Source: Candidatus Omnitrophota bacterium
Lineage (GTDB): Bacteria > Omnitrophota > Gorgyraeia > Zapsychrales > JAHFFX01
Direction of reading: 5' to 3'
Length of the DNA: 64,000 nucleotides
Assembly (NCBI GenBank): GCA_023247725.1
Contig: JAHFFW010000005.1
Location: 25,804-89,803, forward strand
Shown: positions 18,700 to 28,893 of the stretch, piece after piece
How positions within the stretch are numbered: position 1 is the stretch's first letter
Layout: each line of letters starts with the position of its first letter
Made by a program: the position numbers and the translations under genes
Notes under the pieces: generated by a model
Seen by the model: only the letters and a program-made list of their open reading frames with translations
Told to the model about the DNA's origin: nothing
The model's database searches: none

Positions 18700-19892
18700 C
18701 TGGATTCCGCGTCGCAAACGCTGGTGCGATTTTTTCCGGCGAACTTCGCAATATACATGGCTTTATCCGCCCTGGCAATCAATTCAATCTGGGACTGTGC
18801 ATCGGTAGGAAAAGTGGCTAGTCCGATGCTCACCGTCACCGTCAAATTATGGAAGAGAGGTTGCTTGGGAAATTGGTGATGAGCGATCCTCTCTCGGATC
18901 CGTTCCGCAATGAGAAAGGCTTGTTCCCTAGCGGTTTGGGTCAGGATCATGGAAAATTCTTCCCCGCCGTAACGACAGACATAGTCCACGTCCCGCGAAG
19001 AATCCTTCAGAATGGTCGCCAGTTCCAATAAGATGATGTCGCCGTTTTGATGGCCGTAAGTATCGTTGATTTGCTTGAAATTGTCGATATCGATGATTAA
19101 AAGGGAGAGGGCGCTGTTCGTTTCGCGGGTCTTTGCCAACTCCAAGGCCAAAGTATGCTGAAAAAAACCATGATTCCATAGATTCGTTAAGGAATCGGTG
19201 TGGCTTTTATGCACGACCATTTCATAGAGTTGGGAATTCTCAATCGCTAACCCGGCCTGATTGGCGAGCATCATAAATATTCTCAAATCGTCACTGGTGA
19301 TGGGCTTTTGGGTAAAAAGATTGTCGGCGATGATTAAACCATTGACCTTGTCCTTGGCCTTTAATGGCATAATCACCAGCTCATTGGTCTTAAAGACTTG
19401 CAGTAAGGGATCATTGGCATAACGGTCAATCATTCCCTTGCGGATATGAAGCGGGGAGCCATTCATATAGGCGGAAGTCAACAGGGTCCCGTCATTGGCG
19501 AGAGGAATCTTTAAGGCCCTGAGGCTTTCAAAGAGACCCGATTGGGAAGTGCTGTAGGCGATCCGATCGGCAGAAATCAAATCCTCCAAATCCTGGTTTG
19601 CATTTTTGATGTATTTCCAGATTTTGTCAGCTTGTTCGCCGGAGTCCGGTCCAATCACAATCTTACATTCCAAACACCGCTCCCTTTTATTGATAAGAAA
19701 TAGACAGGCGCGATTAAAGCCCAAACCGGAATGGGAGGTCACACCGGTTAAAATAATATAAAGGATATGGTTGAGCTCCAGGGTGGTGCGCATGGCGTTA
19801 CTGATATTATAAAGGATCGTCAACTCGCGCTGCGCCCGGTCGAGTTCTTCCTGCAGTTCTTTTTCTTCCTGCTCGTTAGAAGGGATTGCCAT
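18696..19892 (-). CDS. GAF-domain diguanylate cyclase
   Basis: GAF region, TDSLT.LWN, DIDNFK.IND.YGH, RxxD I-site, GGEEF. Confidence 0.93.
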   Translation of the reverse strand: MAIPSNEQEEKELQEELDRAQRELTILYNISNAMRTTLELNHILYIILTGVTSHSGLGFNRACLFLINKRERCLECKIVIGPDSGEQADKIWKYIKNANQDLEDLISADRIAYSTSQSGLFESLRALKIPLANDGTLLTSAYMNGSPLHIRKGMIDRYANDPLLQVFKTNELVIMPLKAKDKVNGLIIADNLFTQKPITSDDLRIFMMLANQAGLAIENSQLYEMVVHKSHTDSLTNLWNHGFFQHTLALELAKTRETNSALSLLIIDIDNFKQINDTYGHQNGDIILLELATILKDSSRDVDYVCRYGGEEFSMILTQTAREQAFLIAERIRERIAHHQFPKQPLFHNLTVTVSIGLATFPTDAQSQIELIARADKAMYIAKFAGKNRTSVCDAESS

Positions 19893-19899
19893 GGCTTGA

Positions 19900-19928
19900 A
19901 AGATACCATTTTACACTTGGCTTGTCAA
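19900..19928 (-). promoter_or_regulatory. Sigma70 promoter of the cyclase (probably leaderless)
   Basis: Minus strand TTGACA-17-TATCTT, ATG 7 nt downstream; palindrome GGCTTG-T-CAAGCC over the -35. Confidence 0.55.
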
Positions 19929-20015
19929 GCCGCGTTTGGTTTTTAGTCGATTCTGATCAATCATAAGATAAATATTTACAGAAGCTTACAACATTAAAGG
20001 TTCGGAAGCGCTTTC

Positions 20016-20044
20016 TTGACACCCTCTAGGGTGCATGATATACT
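20016..20044 (+). promoter_or_regulatory. Sigma70 promoter of cvpA-nif3-dnaG-rpoD
   Basis: TTGACA-17-TATACT with extended -10 TG. Confidence 0.65.
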
Positions 20045-20068
20045 TGAGCATCTTTCAATCATCGTTAT

Positions 20069-20707
20069 ATGGTGAATGAAATTTTAAGTTCGGTGAATTG
20101 GGTGGATGTCCTGGTCATTGGAATCATGGTCAGGACGATTTGCGTTGGATTCAAAAGCTCCTTTGTTGTAGAATTTTTTAAGTTTCTGGGCATACTGCTT
20201 GGGGTATTTATTATCTTGCATTACTTCAGTTGTGTATCCAAGCTCTTTGTAAAATATCTGCATTTCAGTAAAAATTTTGCCGAGGGAGTGGCCTTTGTCT
20301 TTCTTTGGCTGGCAGTGATTCTGATTTTTACCTTGATCCGAGATGGTTTCCTCGCCGTTTTTAAAATCACGACCAGTCAGGATCTTGACCGATGGGGAGG
20401 TTCTCTGCTGGCCATGCTAAGGGGTTTGCTCATCAGTAGCTTGACCGTGCTTTTAATCCAAACCTCCCAGGCAAAATTTCTGACTTATCAAGTCCGGCAT
20501 TCATTCAGCGGCGGTTTTCTCGAAAATGTGGCACCTAGTATTTATCAATTTTTTTATAAAAAAGTTTGCAAACCCATCTTCAATAATGAGCCGTTCAACC
20601 AGAAGGCATTCTCTCTAAAATCTTCTCCCGAACCGGAAGAATCGGACTCACCGCAGCCAAAAAATCAGGACTCAACACAACGATTCGGTTTTTTTGACAG
20701 ACCATAA
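20069..20707 (+). CDS. CvpA family membrane protein
   Basis: NWVD start, 4 TM helices, LDRWGG..L..LRG. Confidence 0.8.
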   Translation: MVNEILSSVNWVDVLVIGIMVRTICVGFKSSFVVEFFKFLGILLGVFIILHYFSCVSKLFVKYLHFSKNFAEGVAFVFLWLAVILIFTLIRDGFLAVFKITTSQDLDRWGGSLLAMLRGLLISSLTVLLIQTSQAKFLTYQVRHSFSGGFLENVAPSIYQFFYKKVCKPIFNNEPFNQKAFSLKSSPEPEESDSPQPKNQDSTQRFGFFDRP

Positions 20708-20718
20708 GAGGTTGAACC

Positions 20719-21690
20719 TTGCAGCTGGGGGACATTTATGATTTTTTTGTCCGGGAAGGGGTTAAGACTGACCCGCGCGAACGTTCCCTCATTAAAGCCA
20801 AGTTAAGAAAATCACGTCGAGAATTTCAGAAAGTAGAAAAGACAAGAAAAAAATTCTTTGATAAAGAAAGTTTCGCGAATCCTTTTGCCGATACAAGAAT
20901 ATTATTCGGCAAGCCGCAGACCCCCATCCACACCATCCTTGTCGGAATTGATATTGAACCGGCGGAATTGCTCTTGGCGGATCGGCTGCGCCAAGCCGGA
21001 GAACCGATTGATTTAGTATTGGCGCATCATCCGGAAGGGGTCGCGCTGGCCGGTTTGGATGAGGTCATGGATCTGCAAACAGAGGTTTTGGCGCGGTTGG
21101 GAATTCGCTCGGAGATTGCCAAAGATCTCATGGAAAGAAGGATCAAAGAGGTCGGCCGGCGATTACATGCGGGTAACCACAACCGTTCCGTCGATGCCGC
21201 GAGATTACTCAACATTCCTTACTTATGTTGTCATACTCCGGCGGATAATCATGTGACCGGATATTTGGCAACGCTGATGAAAAGGAGTCGACCAAAAAGG
21301 CTTAAGGACATCATTGATTTATTGTCACAGGAACCTGAATACCAAGATGCCATGCGGTGCAAAGCTGGCCCGAGGATATTGATTGGAAAACCCGCAGATG
21401 CGCCCGGGCGGATCTGCGTCGACATGACTGGTGGAACCGAAGGTTCTAAGGAAATTTTTGGTCGATTATCCCAACTGGGAATCGGAACGCTTTTGGGAAT
21501 GCATTTGTCCGACGAGCATTTTAATAAGATAAAAGATGAACATATTCATGTCATTATGGCCGGTCATATTGCCAGCGACAATTTGGGCATGAATTTGCTG
21601 CTCGATAAGTTGGAGAAAAAAGTAGATTTGAAGATCATCGAGTGTTCGGGATTCCGGAGGTATCGAAGATATGGGACTCATTCCCGATGA
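20719..21690 (+). CDS. NIF3-like metal-binding protein
   Basis: GID, AHHPEG, CCHTPADN, MH, AGHIASDNLG; TTG start with GAGG RBS. Confidence 0.85.
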   Translation: MQLGDIYDFFVREGVKTDPRERSLIKAKLRKSRREFQKVEKTRKKFFDKESFANPFADTRILFGKPQTPIHTILVGIDIEPAELLLADRLRQAGEPIDLVLAHHPEGVALAGLDEVMDLQTEVLARLGIRSEIAKDLMERRIKEVGRRLHAGNHNRSVDAARLLNIPYLCCHTPADNHVTGYLATLMKRSRPKRLKDIIDLLSQEPEYQDAMRCKAGPRILIGKPADAPGRICVDMTGGTEGSKEIFGRLSQLGIGTLLGMHLSDEHFNKIKDEHIHVIMAGHIASDNLGMNLLLDKLEKKVDLKIIECSGFRRYRRYGTHSR

Positions 21691-23449
21691 GGCCATCAGA
21701 CAGGTGCTGGATCGTAGCGAGATCGTGCAGACGATCATGGGATATATCCCGTTAAAGCGCGCCGGCCGGAATTTTAAAGCACTGTGTCCTTTTCATCACG
21801 AAAAGTCTCCATCGTTTGTGGTCAATCCCGACAAACAGATTTTTCATTGTTTCGGCTGCGGAGTCGGCGGAAATGTGATCAGTTTTATCATGCGCCAGGA
21901 ACACATGGATTTTCCGGAGGCCGTCGAATGGCTGGCGAATAAGTTTGGCATAACCATCATTCGCGCTGATGACAAACAGGCCAAGGCCAAAGCTGGGCTG
22001 AAGCAACAATTGCTGGACGTCAATGAACTGGCCGCAAATTTTTATCATGAACACCTTTTGGCCGGTCAAACCTCCAGTGCCCGGCAGGCCCGGGAATATC
22101 TCAAAGGGCGGGGCATCAATTTGCCGACGGTGAAGCGCTTCAAGATTGGCTGTGCTCCGGAAGGATGGGACAATCTTTTGGAATTTTTGAAAAAGAAAGA
22201 AATTAGTCTTAATTTGATCGAGAAGGCGGGTCTTATTCTTTCTCAGGAAACGAAACAAGGATTTTATGACCGGTTTCGAAACCGGATTATGTTTCCGATT
22301 TTTGATAGCCGTGGCCAATGCGTGGCTTTTGGCGCCCGAACTTTAGAGAAAGACGCGACCGGCGCGAAATACATCAATTCTCCCGAAACCCCGCTTTATA
22401 CGAAGGGCCAGCATCTTTATGGATTTCATGCGGCCAAAGAGGCGGTCGGTCGTCAGGATTTTGCTTTAGTGGTTGAAGGGTATATGGATTTCTTGACGCC
22501 GTTCCAGGCGGGCATTGAGCCGATTCTGGCCTCTTTGGGTACGGCCTTGACGACGGATCAAATCCGGCTGATTCTCCGTTATACAGAAAATGTCGTCATG
22601 CTTTTTGATTCTGATCCCGCCGGAGAGGCCGCGATGATTCGAAGTCTGGATTTATTGATTGAAGAAGGAATGAACGTCAAGGTCGTTTCTTTAAACCGCG
22701 GTGAGGATCCCGATTCCTTTATTAACAAATTTGGGGTACAAGCGCTTCGAGAACGGATCCAAAAGGCTCACACTCTTTTTGATTACAAAATCAATTGGCT
22801 TAAAGGGAAGTTCGATATGACGACCGTCGAAGGCAAAAGCGCCATTGCCCGGGAGATGTTCCCGACGCTTAACAAATTCACCAATGAGATCACCCGCTTC
22901 GGTTATTTGCAGCGATTGGCGGAAATTCTGTCTGTTCCAAAAGAAACCTTGTTGACGGAAATGGCGAAACAGGCCCCCGGATCCGTCCGTTTCAAAGAAG
23001 TGATCATCACTCAGAAGCAAACCTCCGGCTCCATGCGCGCCGCCGAGGAACATCTGCTTAAATTGATGCTGGATAAGACCGAATTTATTTCTCTGACCCG
23101 GCAGAGCTTGGACCCGGAGGATTTTCAGGATGAAAAAATTCGCCTGGTCATCAATCGTATTTTTTCGGATTTCGAATCTGGTAAATCCATCGATGTTCAA
23201 GGGTTGATCAGCAGTTTTCCAGAAGATGGTATCCGGCAAATGCTTTCTGGTTTATTGACGCCGGAGGATTCCTTCAATGCCGACAAAACAAAGATTCATC
23301 GCGATTGTTTGAATCGTATCAAAGAAGAAAAAATCAAATTCGCCCGACTCGACCTCATTGCCAAGATCCGGGTCGCGGAAGGCACAGACGATCAACAGCA
23401 GCTGGAAATTTTAAAGGCACAATTCAATCAGTTAATTAAGAGGCAATAG
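21671..23449 (+). CDS. dnaG: DNA primase
   Basis: CPFH.EKSPSF...CFGC zinc finger, KYINSPET, VEGYMD, FDSD, DPD. Confidence 0.98.
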   Translation: MGLIPDEAIRQVLDRSEIVQTIMGYIPLKRAGRNFKALCPFHHEKSPSFVVNPDKQIFHCFGCGVGGNVISFIMRQEHMDFPEAVEWLANKFGITIIRADDKQAKAKAGLKQQLLDVNELAANFYHEHLLAGQTSSARQAREYLKGRGINLPTVKRFKIGCAPEGWDNLLEFLKKKEISLNLIEKAGLILSQETKQGFYDRFRNRIMFPIFDSRGQCVAFGARTLEKDATGAKYINSPETPLYTKGQHLYGFHAAKEAVGRQDFALVVEGYMDFLTPFQAGIEPILASLGTALTTDQIRLILRYTENVVMLFDSDPAGEAAMIRSLDLLIEEGMNVKVVSLNRGEDPDSFINKFGVQALRERIQKAHTLFDYKINWLKGKFDMTTVEGKSAIAREMFPTLNKFTNEITRFGYLQRLAEILSVPKETLLTEMAKQAPGSVRFKEVIITQKQTSGSMRAAEEHLLKLMLDKTEFISLTRQSLDPEDFQDEKIRLVINRIFSDFESGKSIDVQGLISSFPEDGIRQMLSGLLTPEDSFNADKTKIHRDCLNRIKEEKIKFARLDLIAKIRVAEGTDDQQQLEILKAQFNQLIKRQ

Positions 23450-25057
23450 ATGAAGAATAAAGAGAAGGAAAAAGAATTAAAGGAAGATGTTGATAAACTG
23501 GTTTCATTGGGCAAGCGCAAAGGCTACTTGACCTATGACGAGGTCAATGAGACTTTGTCCAACTCGGTGGATTCTTCCGAGGAGATCGATCAAGTCTTTG
23601 ATATCCTCGATGGCAAGGACATCAAGGTCATTGACTCGGATGAGAAAGAAGAATCTGACACCCATGAACCGGCAGAGCCGGATGTGGAATCCCGTGAGCA
23701 AGAGATCCGTCGGATCCGGGAAGAAGCCGCGAAAGAGGAACCGGTTTACGCCGATAAATTTATTCCGCTGGATGATCCGGTTAAAATGTACTTGAAGCAA
23801 ATGGGATCAATTCCTTTATTGTCCCGGGAGAATGAAATCAATCTGGCCAAGCGCATCGAAGAGGCGGAGAAAAAATTTGCCGAGGCCTTGTTCAAGACCG
23901 CTTTCGCTCGTCGCGCGGCAATTTCTATCATCAGTAAAGTTTTGAATGAGGAAATCAATGTCGAGGACGTCATCAAAGACGAGCTTGAGCGCCGGCCGAA
24001 ACTCATTAAGGATCTCAAGAAAATCATTCACAAGGTTCGCCATTCCAAAGGCGGCACGGATTCTTCGGCGAAAGCCATTGCGGAATTCAAACTCACTTCG
24101 ACCGTTAACGAGGAAATTGTCCAGAAAATCGATGCCATGCTTGATGAAATTGAACGGATCGGTAAGGCGCTCGAGTCAAAACGAAAACCGGCAAATGCCG
24201 CTGAGTTAAGAAAGAAACGACAGGCGATCCTCAAGGAACTTAGTGAGCCCGTCATCCAGGTGAAGGAACAATCGCGGATCATCAAGATCCGGCAGGCCAA
24301 ATTCAACAAAGCCAAAAAGCATTTGGTCGAGGCCAACCTTCGCCTGGTGGTGAGCATTGCCAAGAAATACATCAACCGGGGTTTGTCGTTTCTGGATCTC
24401 ATCCAAGAGGGAAACATGGGGCTCATCCGGGCCGTCGAGAAATTCGAGTATCAGCGCGGATATAAATTCTCTACGTACGCCACGTGGTGGATCCGGCAGG
24501 CCATCACCCGTTCCATCGCCGATCAGGCCAGAACAATCCGGATTCCGGTGCACATGACCGAGACGATCAACAAGATTATCCGTGTCTCGCGGATGTTTGT
24601 GCAGGAATACGGTCGAGAGCCGATGGCTCAAGAAATCGCCAGGCAGATGCGTATCCCCATCAGCAAAGTGAAGGAAATCCTCAAGATTTCGCAGGTTCCG
24701 ATTTCCTTGCAGACGCCCATTGGGGATGAGGGCGATACTCATTTCGGCGATTTTATTGAAGACAAAAAAGCCGTGTCTCCGGCCAATGCGACTTTTCACT
24801 CGATGCTGAAGGAGGAGATCGGCAGCGTTTTGGAAACCCTCGATGAGCGAGAACGCAAAATCCTGGAGTTGCGGTTTGGAATTCTGGACGGGTCAAGCCG
24901 TACCCTCGAAGAGGTCGGCAGCGAATTTAACGTGACCCGCGAGCGGGTGCGCCAGATCGAATCGAAGGCGCTGCGCAAGCTGCGCCATCCAACGCGTTCG
25001 CGCCGGATCAAAACGTTTCTCGATATGGCCGCCAAAGATGGGGAAGGGTTACTTTGA
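23450..25057 (+). CDS. rpoD: RNA polymerase sigma factor RpoD
   Basis: [40 protein letters not shown]. Confidence 0.98.
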   Translation: MKNKEKEKELKEDVDKLVSLGKRKGYLTYDEVNETLSNSVDSSEEIDQVFDILDGKDIKVIDSDEKEESDTHEPAEPDVESREQEIRRIREEAAKEEPVYADKFIPLDDPVKMYLKQMGSIPLLSRENEINLAKRIEEAEKKFAEALFKTAFARRAAISIISKVLNEEINVEDVIKDELERRPKLIKDLKKIIHKVRHSKGGTDSSAKAIAEFKLTSTVNEEIVQKIDAMLDEIERIGKALESKRKPANAAELRKKRQAILKELSEPVIQVKEQSRIIKIRQAKFNKAKKHLVEANLRLVVSIAKKYINRGLSFLDLIQEGNMGLIRAVEKFEYQRGYKFSTYATWWIRQAITRSIADQARTIRIPVHMTETINKIIRVSRMFVQEYGREPMAQEIARQMRIPISKVKEILKISQVPISLQTPIGDEGDTHFGDFIEDKKAVSPANATFHSMLKEEIGSVLETLDERERKILELRFGILDGSSRTLEEVGSEFNVTRERVRQIESKALRKLRHPTRSRRIKTFLDMAAKDGEGLL

Positions 25058-25087
25058 GTGCGGTTTTCTCCGACGGAGCTTAAGATT

Positions 25088-25135
25088 TACTTTTAAGGCC
25101 TATCCATCGCGCGGATAGGCCTTAAAAGTATTTTT
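25088..25135 (+). terminator. Rho-independent terminator after rpoD
   Basis: TACTTTTAAGGCCTATCC / GGATAGGCCTTAAAAGTA stem followed by TTTTT. Confidence 0.8.
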
Positions 25136-25171
25136 CACCAAGGGGCTTTCGGTGAGCATGTGAGGTAAACA

Positions 25172-25987
25172 ATGAAAAAGTTGGCGCTTGTATTGTTTTT
25201 TTTATCGATGATGTGGCGGGCCGAGGCTAATCCAATCGTCTTGGATGAAGAAACCAAGGAGCTTAGCAATAAGGTCATGATGAAAATTTTTTCCGATATC
25301 AACGATTCCAAGGAGCGTTTTCCGGAATTGAAATATTTTAATGAAAGTGCGTTGTCAAAAAATGCGTACGGGATTTTCGAGATCAGATATGAGAATAAGG
25401 AATACTTAAGTCCCCGGAGAGACTATCACTATCAATTCGCCTTAGGAATTGTCGGGATCAGTGATCCGCCTTATCGAAACCCCAATTCTGAAGATATTGA
25501 CTTTAGTTTTCCCGTCATTGGCCTTAAATTCACCGGCTTTCAAACCAAGAGCATCCGCGGCCGGCATTATGATCTCAACTGGCCGATCAACACGTATAGC
25601 CCGATTCTTTACGATCACCAGCAAAAGTACATTAAGTTAAAACTCAGCATCATTCCGGAAAAAACCGTCTATAAAGTTGACGAGCGGATTAACTTCAAGG
25701 TTCAACTGAAGAATACAAGCAGCCAAAATCTTAAAGTCCAGCCTCTCAATGAAAAGACCTTATATTTTACGATTGGGGACAAGGTCTGGGGTACAAAACC
25801 CGATGCCGCCAAGCCTGGCGAATTCACCCGCGAAGAAATTCTCTACTCAGGTTATGATATCGCCCGTGGATTTAAGGGGGACAGCTTCAGTGTTCCGGGA
25901 GAGGTCGTTATCCGGTGCACCTTTAATATGGTCTATCAAGGCGTCATGCCGATGGCCTCGGTCAAGCTAAAAATTATTCCTCAGTAA
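25172..25987 (+). CDS. Secreted hypothetical protein
   Basis: MKK-hydrophobic-AEA signal peptide, GAGG RBS, beta-rich C-terminal domain. Confidence 0.75.
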   Translation: MKKLALVLFFLSMMWRAEANPIVLDEETKELSNKVMMKIFSDINDSKERFPELKYFNESALSKNAYGIFEIRYENKEYLSPRRDYHYQFALGIVGISDPPYRNPNSEDIDFSFPVIGLKFTGFQTKSIRGRHYDLNWPINTYSPILYDHQQKYIKLKLSIIPEKTVYKVDERINFKVQLKNTSSQNLKVQPLNEKTLYFTIGDKVWGTKPDAAKPGEFTREEILYSGYDIARGFKGDSFSVPGEVVIRCTFNMVYQGVMPMASVKLKIIPQ

Positions 25988-26118
25988 TTTTTTTTCCTTC
26001 CGATTCAAGCTTTTTAATCCTTGTCCAAGATTCTCCCTTGACGGCAAGCCTTTGGTTGGCAAAGACTTTGATTCCTTGAGGAAGGGTTAGATCTCGCCGG
26101 CCACGACGGTTAATTCTG

Positions 26119-26147
26119 TTGAAAACAAAAAGAGGTTATGATATGCT
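26119..26147 (+). promoter_or_regulatory. Putative promoter of the tRNA region
   Basis: TTGAAA-17-TATGCT with extended -10 TG. Confidence 0.45.
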
Positions 26148-26348
26148 GAGGAGCAAATTTTTGGTTTTCTGAAATTGTTCGACGGGAAAATGAGGAAAGT
26201 AGTGATAGAAATTAAGAAGGCTTCAAAGATTATAAGTGAACTTTTATCAGAAGATGATTATGGAAAACCAAGAAGCAATGGTAGCAAATTTGGAGATAGA
26301 ATTGTGCTTAAAGTCATCACTATAAGGCCTTAGTTTAGTGGATATTTC

Positions 26349-26423
26349 GGGCCCTTAGCTCAGTCGGTTAGTAGCGGAGGACTCATAATCTCTTAGTCCC
26401 TGGTTCGAGTCCAGGTGGGCCCA
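26349..26423 (+). tRNA. tRNA(CAU), probably Ile2; chimeric, mispaired copy
   Basis: Cloverleaf with CTCATAA loop; T7:T66 mismatch; anticodon stem GAGGA/TCTCT poorly paired. Confidence 0.7.
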
Positions 26424-26612
26424 GATTATTATGCATATTTCAGGAAGGCGGAATTATTTATAATAGGGGAATCAATTTTTGGGATGGGATTGTCGATTGT
26501 AAGGCATTTCAGACTATGAAAATTTGCAACGTTGGCATAATTCCCTTTTTACTGATGGTGACGAGAGGTGTTGTCTCGAGCTTTTCTCTCAAATAACTTT
26601 TTACGAGAATTT

Positions 26613-27347
26613 ATGCAATCTGTGCAAATACCTCCATTTTTCGTAGTAATCTTCATGTTATTTACTTGTCCAGTTCTTGCCGATTCAGTGATGTCGCAGG
26701 ATGAGATTCAGTCATCCTTAAATAGCTGTGAAGATTTCGCACATCGGGGTGATTTTACCCAAGCTCTTTCTTTCTGCAATCGAGTTATTGAAGCGGAGCC
26801 CAATTTGGATTTCGCTTACAATGTCAGGGGATTAGTTTATAAACTCAAAGGGGATTTTGACCAAGCTATTTCAGATTTCAAGAAAGCAGTTCAAATGAAT
26901 TCCATGAATGCAGGAGCTTATATAGGGCTTGGAGATAGTTATTTTGAAAAAAATAAATTGAATGAGGCCATAGAAAATTTCACACTGGCAATAAAGATTG
27001 TCAATCCTGAACAAAGTTCACTATATGCGGCTCGAGGGACTGCATACAGTCTAAACGGTGATTTTGACAAGGCCATTACTGATTTCAACAAGGCTATCGA
27101 AACTGACCCTGGTTTTATAGGCGCATATCCTGGGCGGGCAGTTTCTTTTTTTGAAAAACAAGATTACGAAAAAGCTTGGAATGATATCCATAAGATTCAA
27201 GAATTAGGTGGTCCGATTAACCCGGAATTTCTAATCGAACTCAAAAGAGCATCTGGAAGAGAACAAGAGAACAATAGAAAGAAGATGTCCACAGCACAAC
27301 AGCGTGAGAAAAAAAGCGACTTTTACAGCACAAATATCTACCTATAA
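26613..27347 (+). CDS. Secreted TPR protein
   Basis: Signal peptide, then repeated AYNVRG / AYIGLG / YAARG / AYPGRA TPRs; AT-richer codons. Confidence 0.85.
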   Translation: MQSVQIPPFFVVIFMLFTCPVLADSVMSQDEIQSSLNSCEDFAHRGDFTQALSFCNRVIEAEPNLDFAYNVRGLVYKLKGDFDQAISDFKKAVQMNSMNAGAYIGLGDSYFEKNKLNEAIENFTLAIKIVNPEQSSLYAARGTAYSLNGDFDKAITDFNKAIETDPGFIGAYPGRAVSFFEKQDYEKAWNDIHKIQELGGPINPEFLIELKRASGREQENNRKKMSTAQQREKKSDFYSTNIYL

Positions 27348-28005
27348 TGAAATACTTTCATCGATTAATTTTGTTTTTCCTGTGGATAAGCCTCTTTGCT
27401 ATCTCTAATGCAGCAAATGCTGGATTAAGTGTCGAAGAATATAAAGAGCAAGGTAGGTTGAATCTATCAAATAAAGAATATAGAAAGGCCTTAGAGAATT
27501 ATAACCAGGCCTTGGAATTAGACGACAAGGATATGATGCTTTACCTCGGACAAGGGAATGCTTTTAAAGAATTAGGAGAGCTAGATAACGCTCTCGCAAG
27601 TTACAGCAAAGCTATAAAATTACAAGGAGATGGTGTGATATGGGCTTATAACAATCGAGGAACGGTTTATCTGCCTTGGGGAAATATCCAGAGGCTTTGC
27701 AGGATTTCAGCCAAGCCGTTGCCCTTAACCCCGATGACCCTGCCTATCTAACTCAACGAGGTGGGACGTATTTCTTAATGGAAAAGAATGAGGAGTCATT
27801 GAAAGATTTAGATAAGTCCATTCACTTATTGAGCACAAATTATGGGCAGAAATACTATTCGCAGTATGCTTATCCTTATTTTTGGCGTTGGTTGTTGCTT
27901 CGAAAATTAGGACAAGAGCAAAAAGCCTCCAAGGATTTGGAAATGATTCAAAAAATAAACATTTGGAATGGCCGAAGACCTAATAACATCAGCAAAGCGG
28001 TATGA
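27347..28005 (+). pseudogene. Secreted TPR protein, frameshifted near 27671
   Basis: NNRGTVY continues in another frame as ALGKYPEALQDFSQAVALNP; one base is missing. Confidence 0.75.
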
Positions 28006-28015
28006 AGAAATGAAC

Positions 28016-28104
28016 CACCCCGCAGCAAGCTGACGGGGTATCCACAGCAAACTGCCAAGAGGAAGTGCAGCAAGCTGCGGGGAATTATACCCAAAGAGAT
28101 TAAA
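28016..28104. mobile_element. Small non-autonomous hairpin element (MITE- or REP-like)
   Basis: ACCCCGCAGCAAGCTGACGGGGT and GCAGCAAGCTGCGGGG repeats; GC-rich insert in AT-rich DNA. Confidence 0.5.
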
Positions 28105-28105
28105 T

Positions 28106-28201
28106 ATGTCGGAGAAAGCTTTAGAGTATGCAAATTATGCTTACGAAATTAACCCGACGGTAGCAAGAGAATATCTGGACTATTTAAAAAATGAAAAATG
28201 A
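28106..28201 (+). pseudogene. C-terminal remnant of a TPR gene
   Basis: MSEKALEYANYAYEINPTVAREYLDYLKNEK*, a TPR helix-B-like pattern. Confidence 0.4.
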
Positions 28202-28658
28202 TTTATCATTGTCCGTGCTAGAAAGAAAACCATCATCAGATATTAAATTGGTTAGTGTCCTCCTTTTTTTGTATCCCGCATTTGTTCTTTTTTGGTATCT
28301 TGTGGTAGGTGAGCAAAAGATTTGTTGGGACAAAACGGCCGTATTACCATGGTGTGGTTTTTTTGCTTTTTACGCTTTTATGGGTTATGGGGTATTAAGA
28401 TTAAACTGGAAGTTAAGATTTATGGCAATCATAGCCTCTGTAGCGGGGTTGGCCGGGCCTCTTTTGGGAATCGTTATCGCACCGCTATTGAATCTTAATA
28501 TGTTTTTACAAGCACTGAAACTGCACGGAGCCTCCCTTGTTATCTGGCAACCTTTATTTATATTTGTGCAGGTTTTTGGGGGCAGTATTATATATTTAAG
28601 TTTTATCGTTTATAAATTGACTCGTCCAAATGTTAAAGAGCAATTTCAACGAACATGA
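28191..28658 (+). CDS. Hypothetical membrane protein (4 TM)
   Basis: Four hydrophobic segments; ends LTRPNVKEQF. Confidence 0.75.
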   Translation: MKNDLSLSVLERKPSSDIKLVSVLLFLYPAFVLFWYLVVGEQKICWDKTAVLPWCGFFAFYAFMGYGVLRLNWKLRFMAIIASVAGLAGPLLGIVIAPLLNLNMFLQALKLHGASLVIWQPLFIFVQVFGGSIIYLSFIVYKLTRPNVKEQFQRT

Positions 28659-28772
28659 AGAAACTCCTAAGATTTTTGTTCATACACACCACAATAACGC
28701 CGTAAGCATAAAAAACTGGTTTTTAAAAATAAGAAGGTTTTTTGTACGCAATTGGCCCAAAGGGCTTGAATA

Positions 28773-28845
28773 GGGCCCATAGCTCAGTCGGTAGAGCAGG
28801 AGACTCATAATCTCTTGGTCCCTGGTTCGAGTCCAGGTGGGCCCA
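28773..28845 (+). tRNA. tRNA-Ile2 (CAU, lysidine type), intact
   Basis: GGGCCCA/TGGGCCC acceptor, GGAGA-CTCATAA-TCTCT anticodon arm, discriminator A, no initiator features; located downstream of rpoD like E. coli ileX. Confidence 0.88.
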
Positions 28846-28893
28846 GCGTTAAGAGTGATAAGTTTTAAGTGTCAACTTGACACTGTTAATTGA

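Noticed and set aside
20020-20033. CACCCT-CT-AGGGTG palindrome as a second LexA box
   Set aside because: Half-site and spacing differ from the lexA palindrome, and part of the similarity is the shared -35 hexamer.
28773-28845. tRNA(CAU) as initiator fMet
   Set aside because: G1-C72 is paired and the anticodon stem lacks three consecutive G-C pairs. Elongator Met is not fully excluded.
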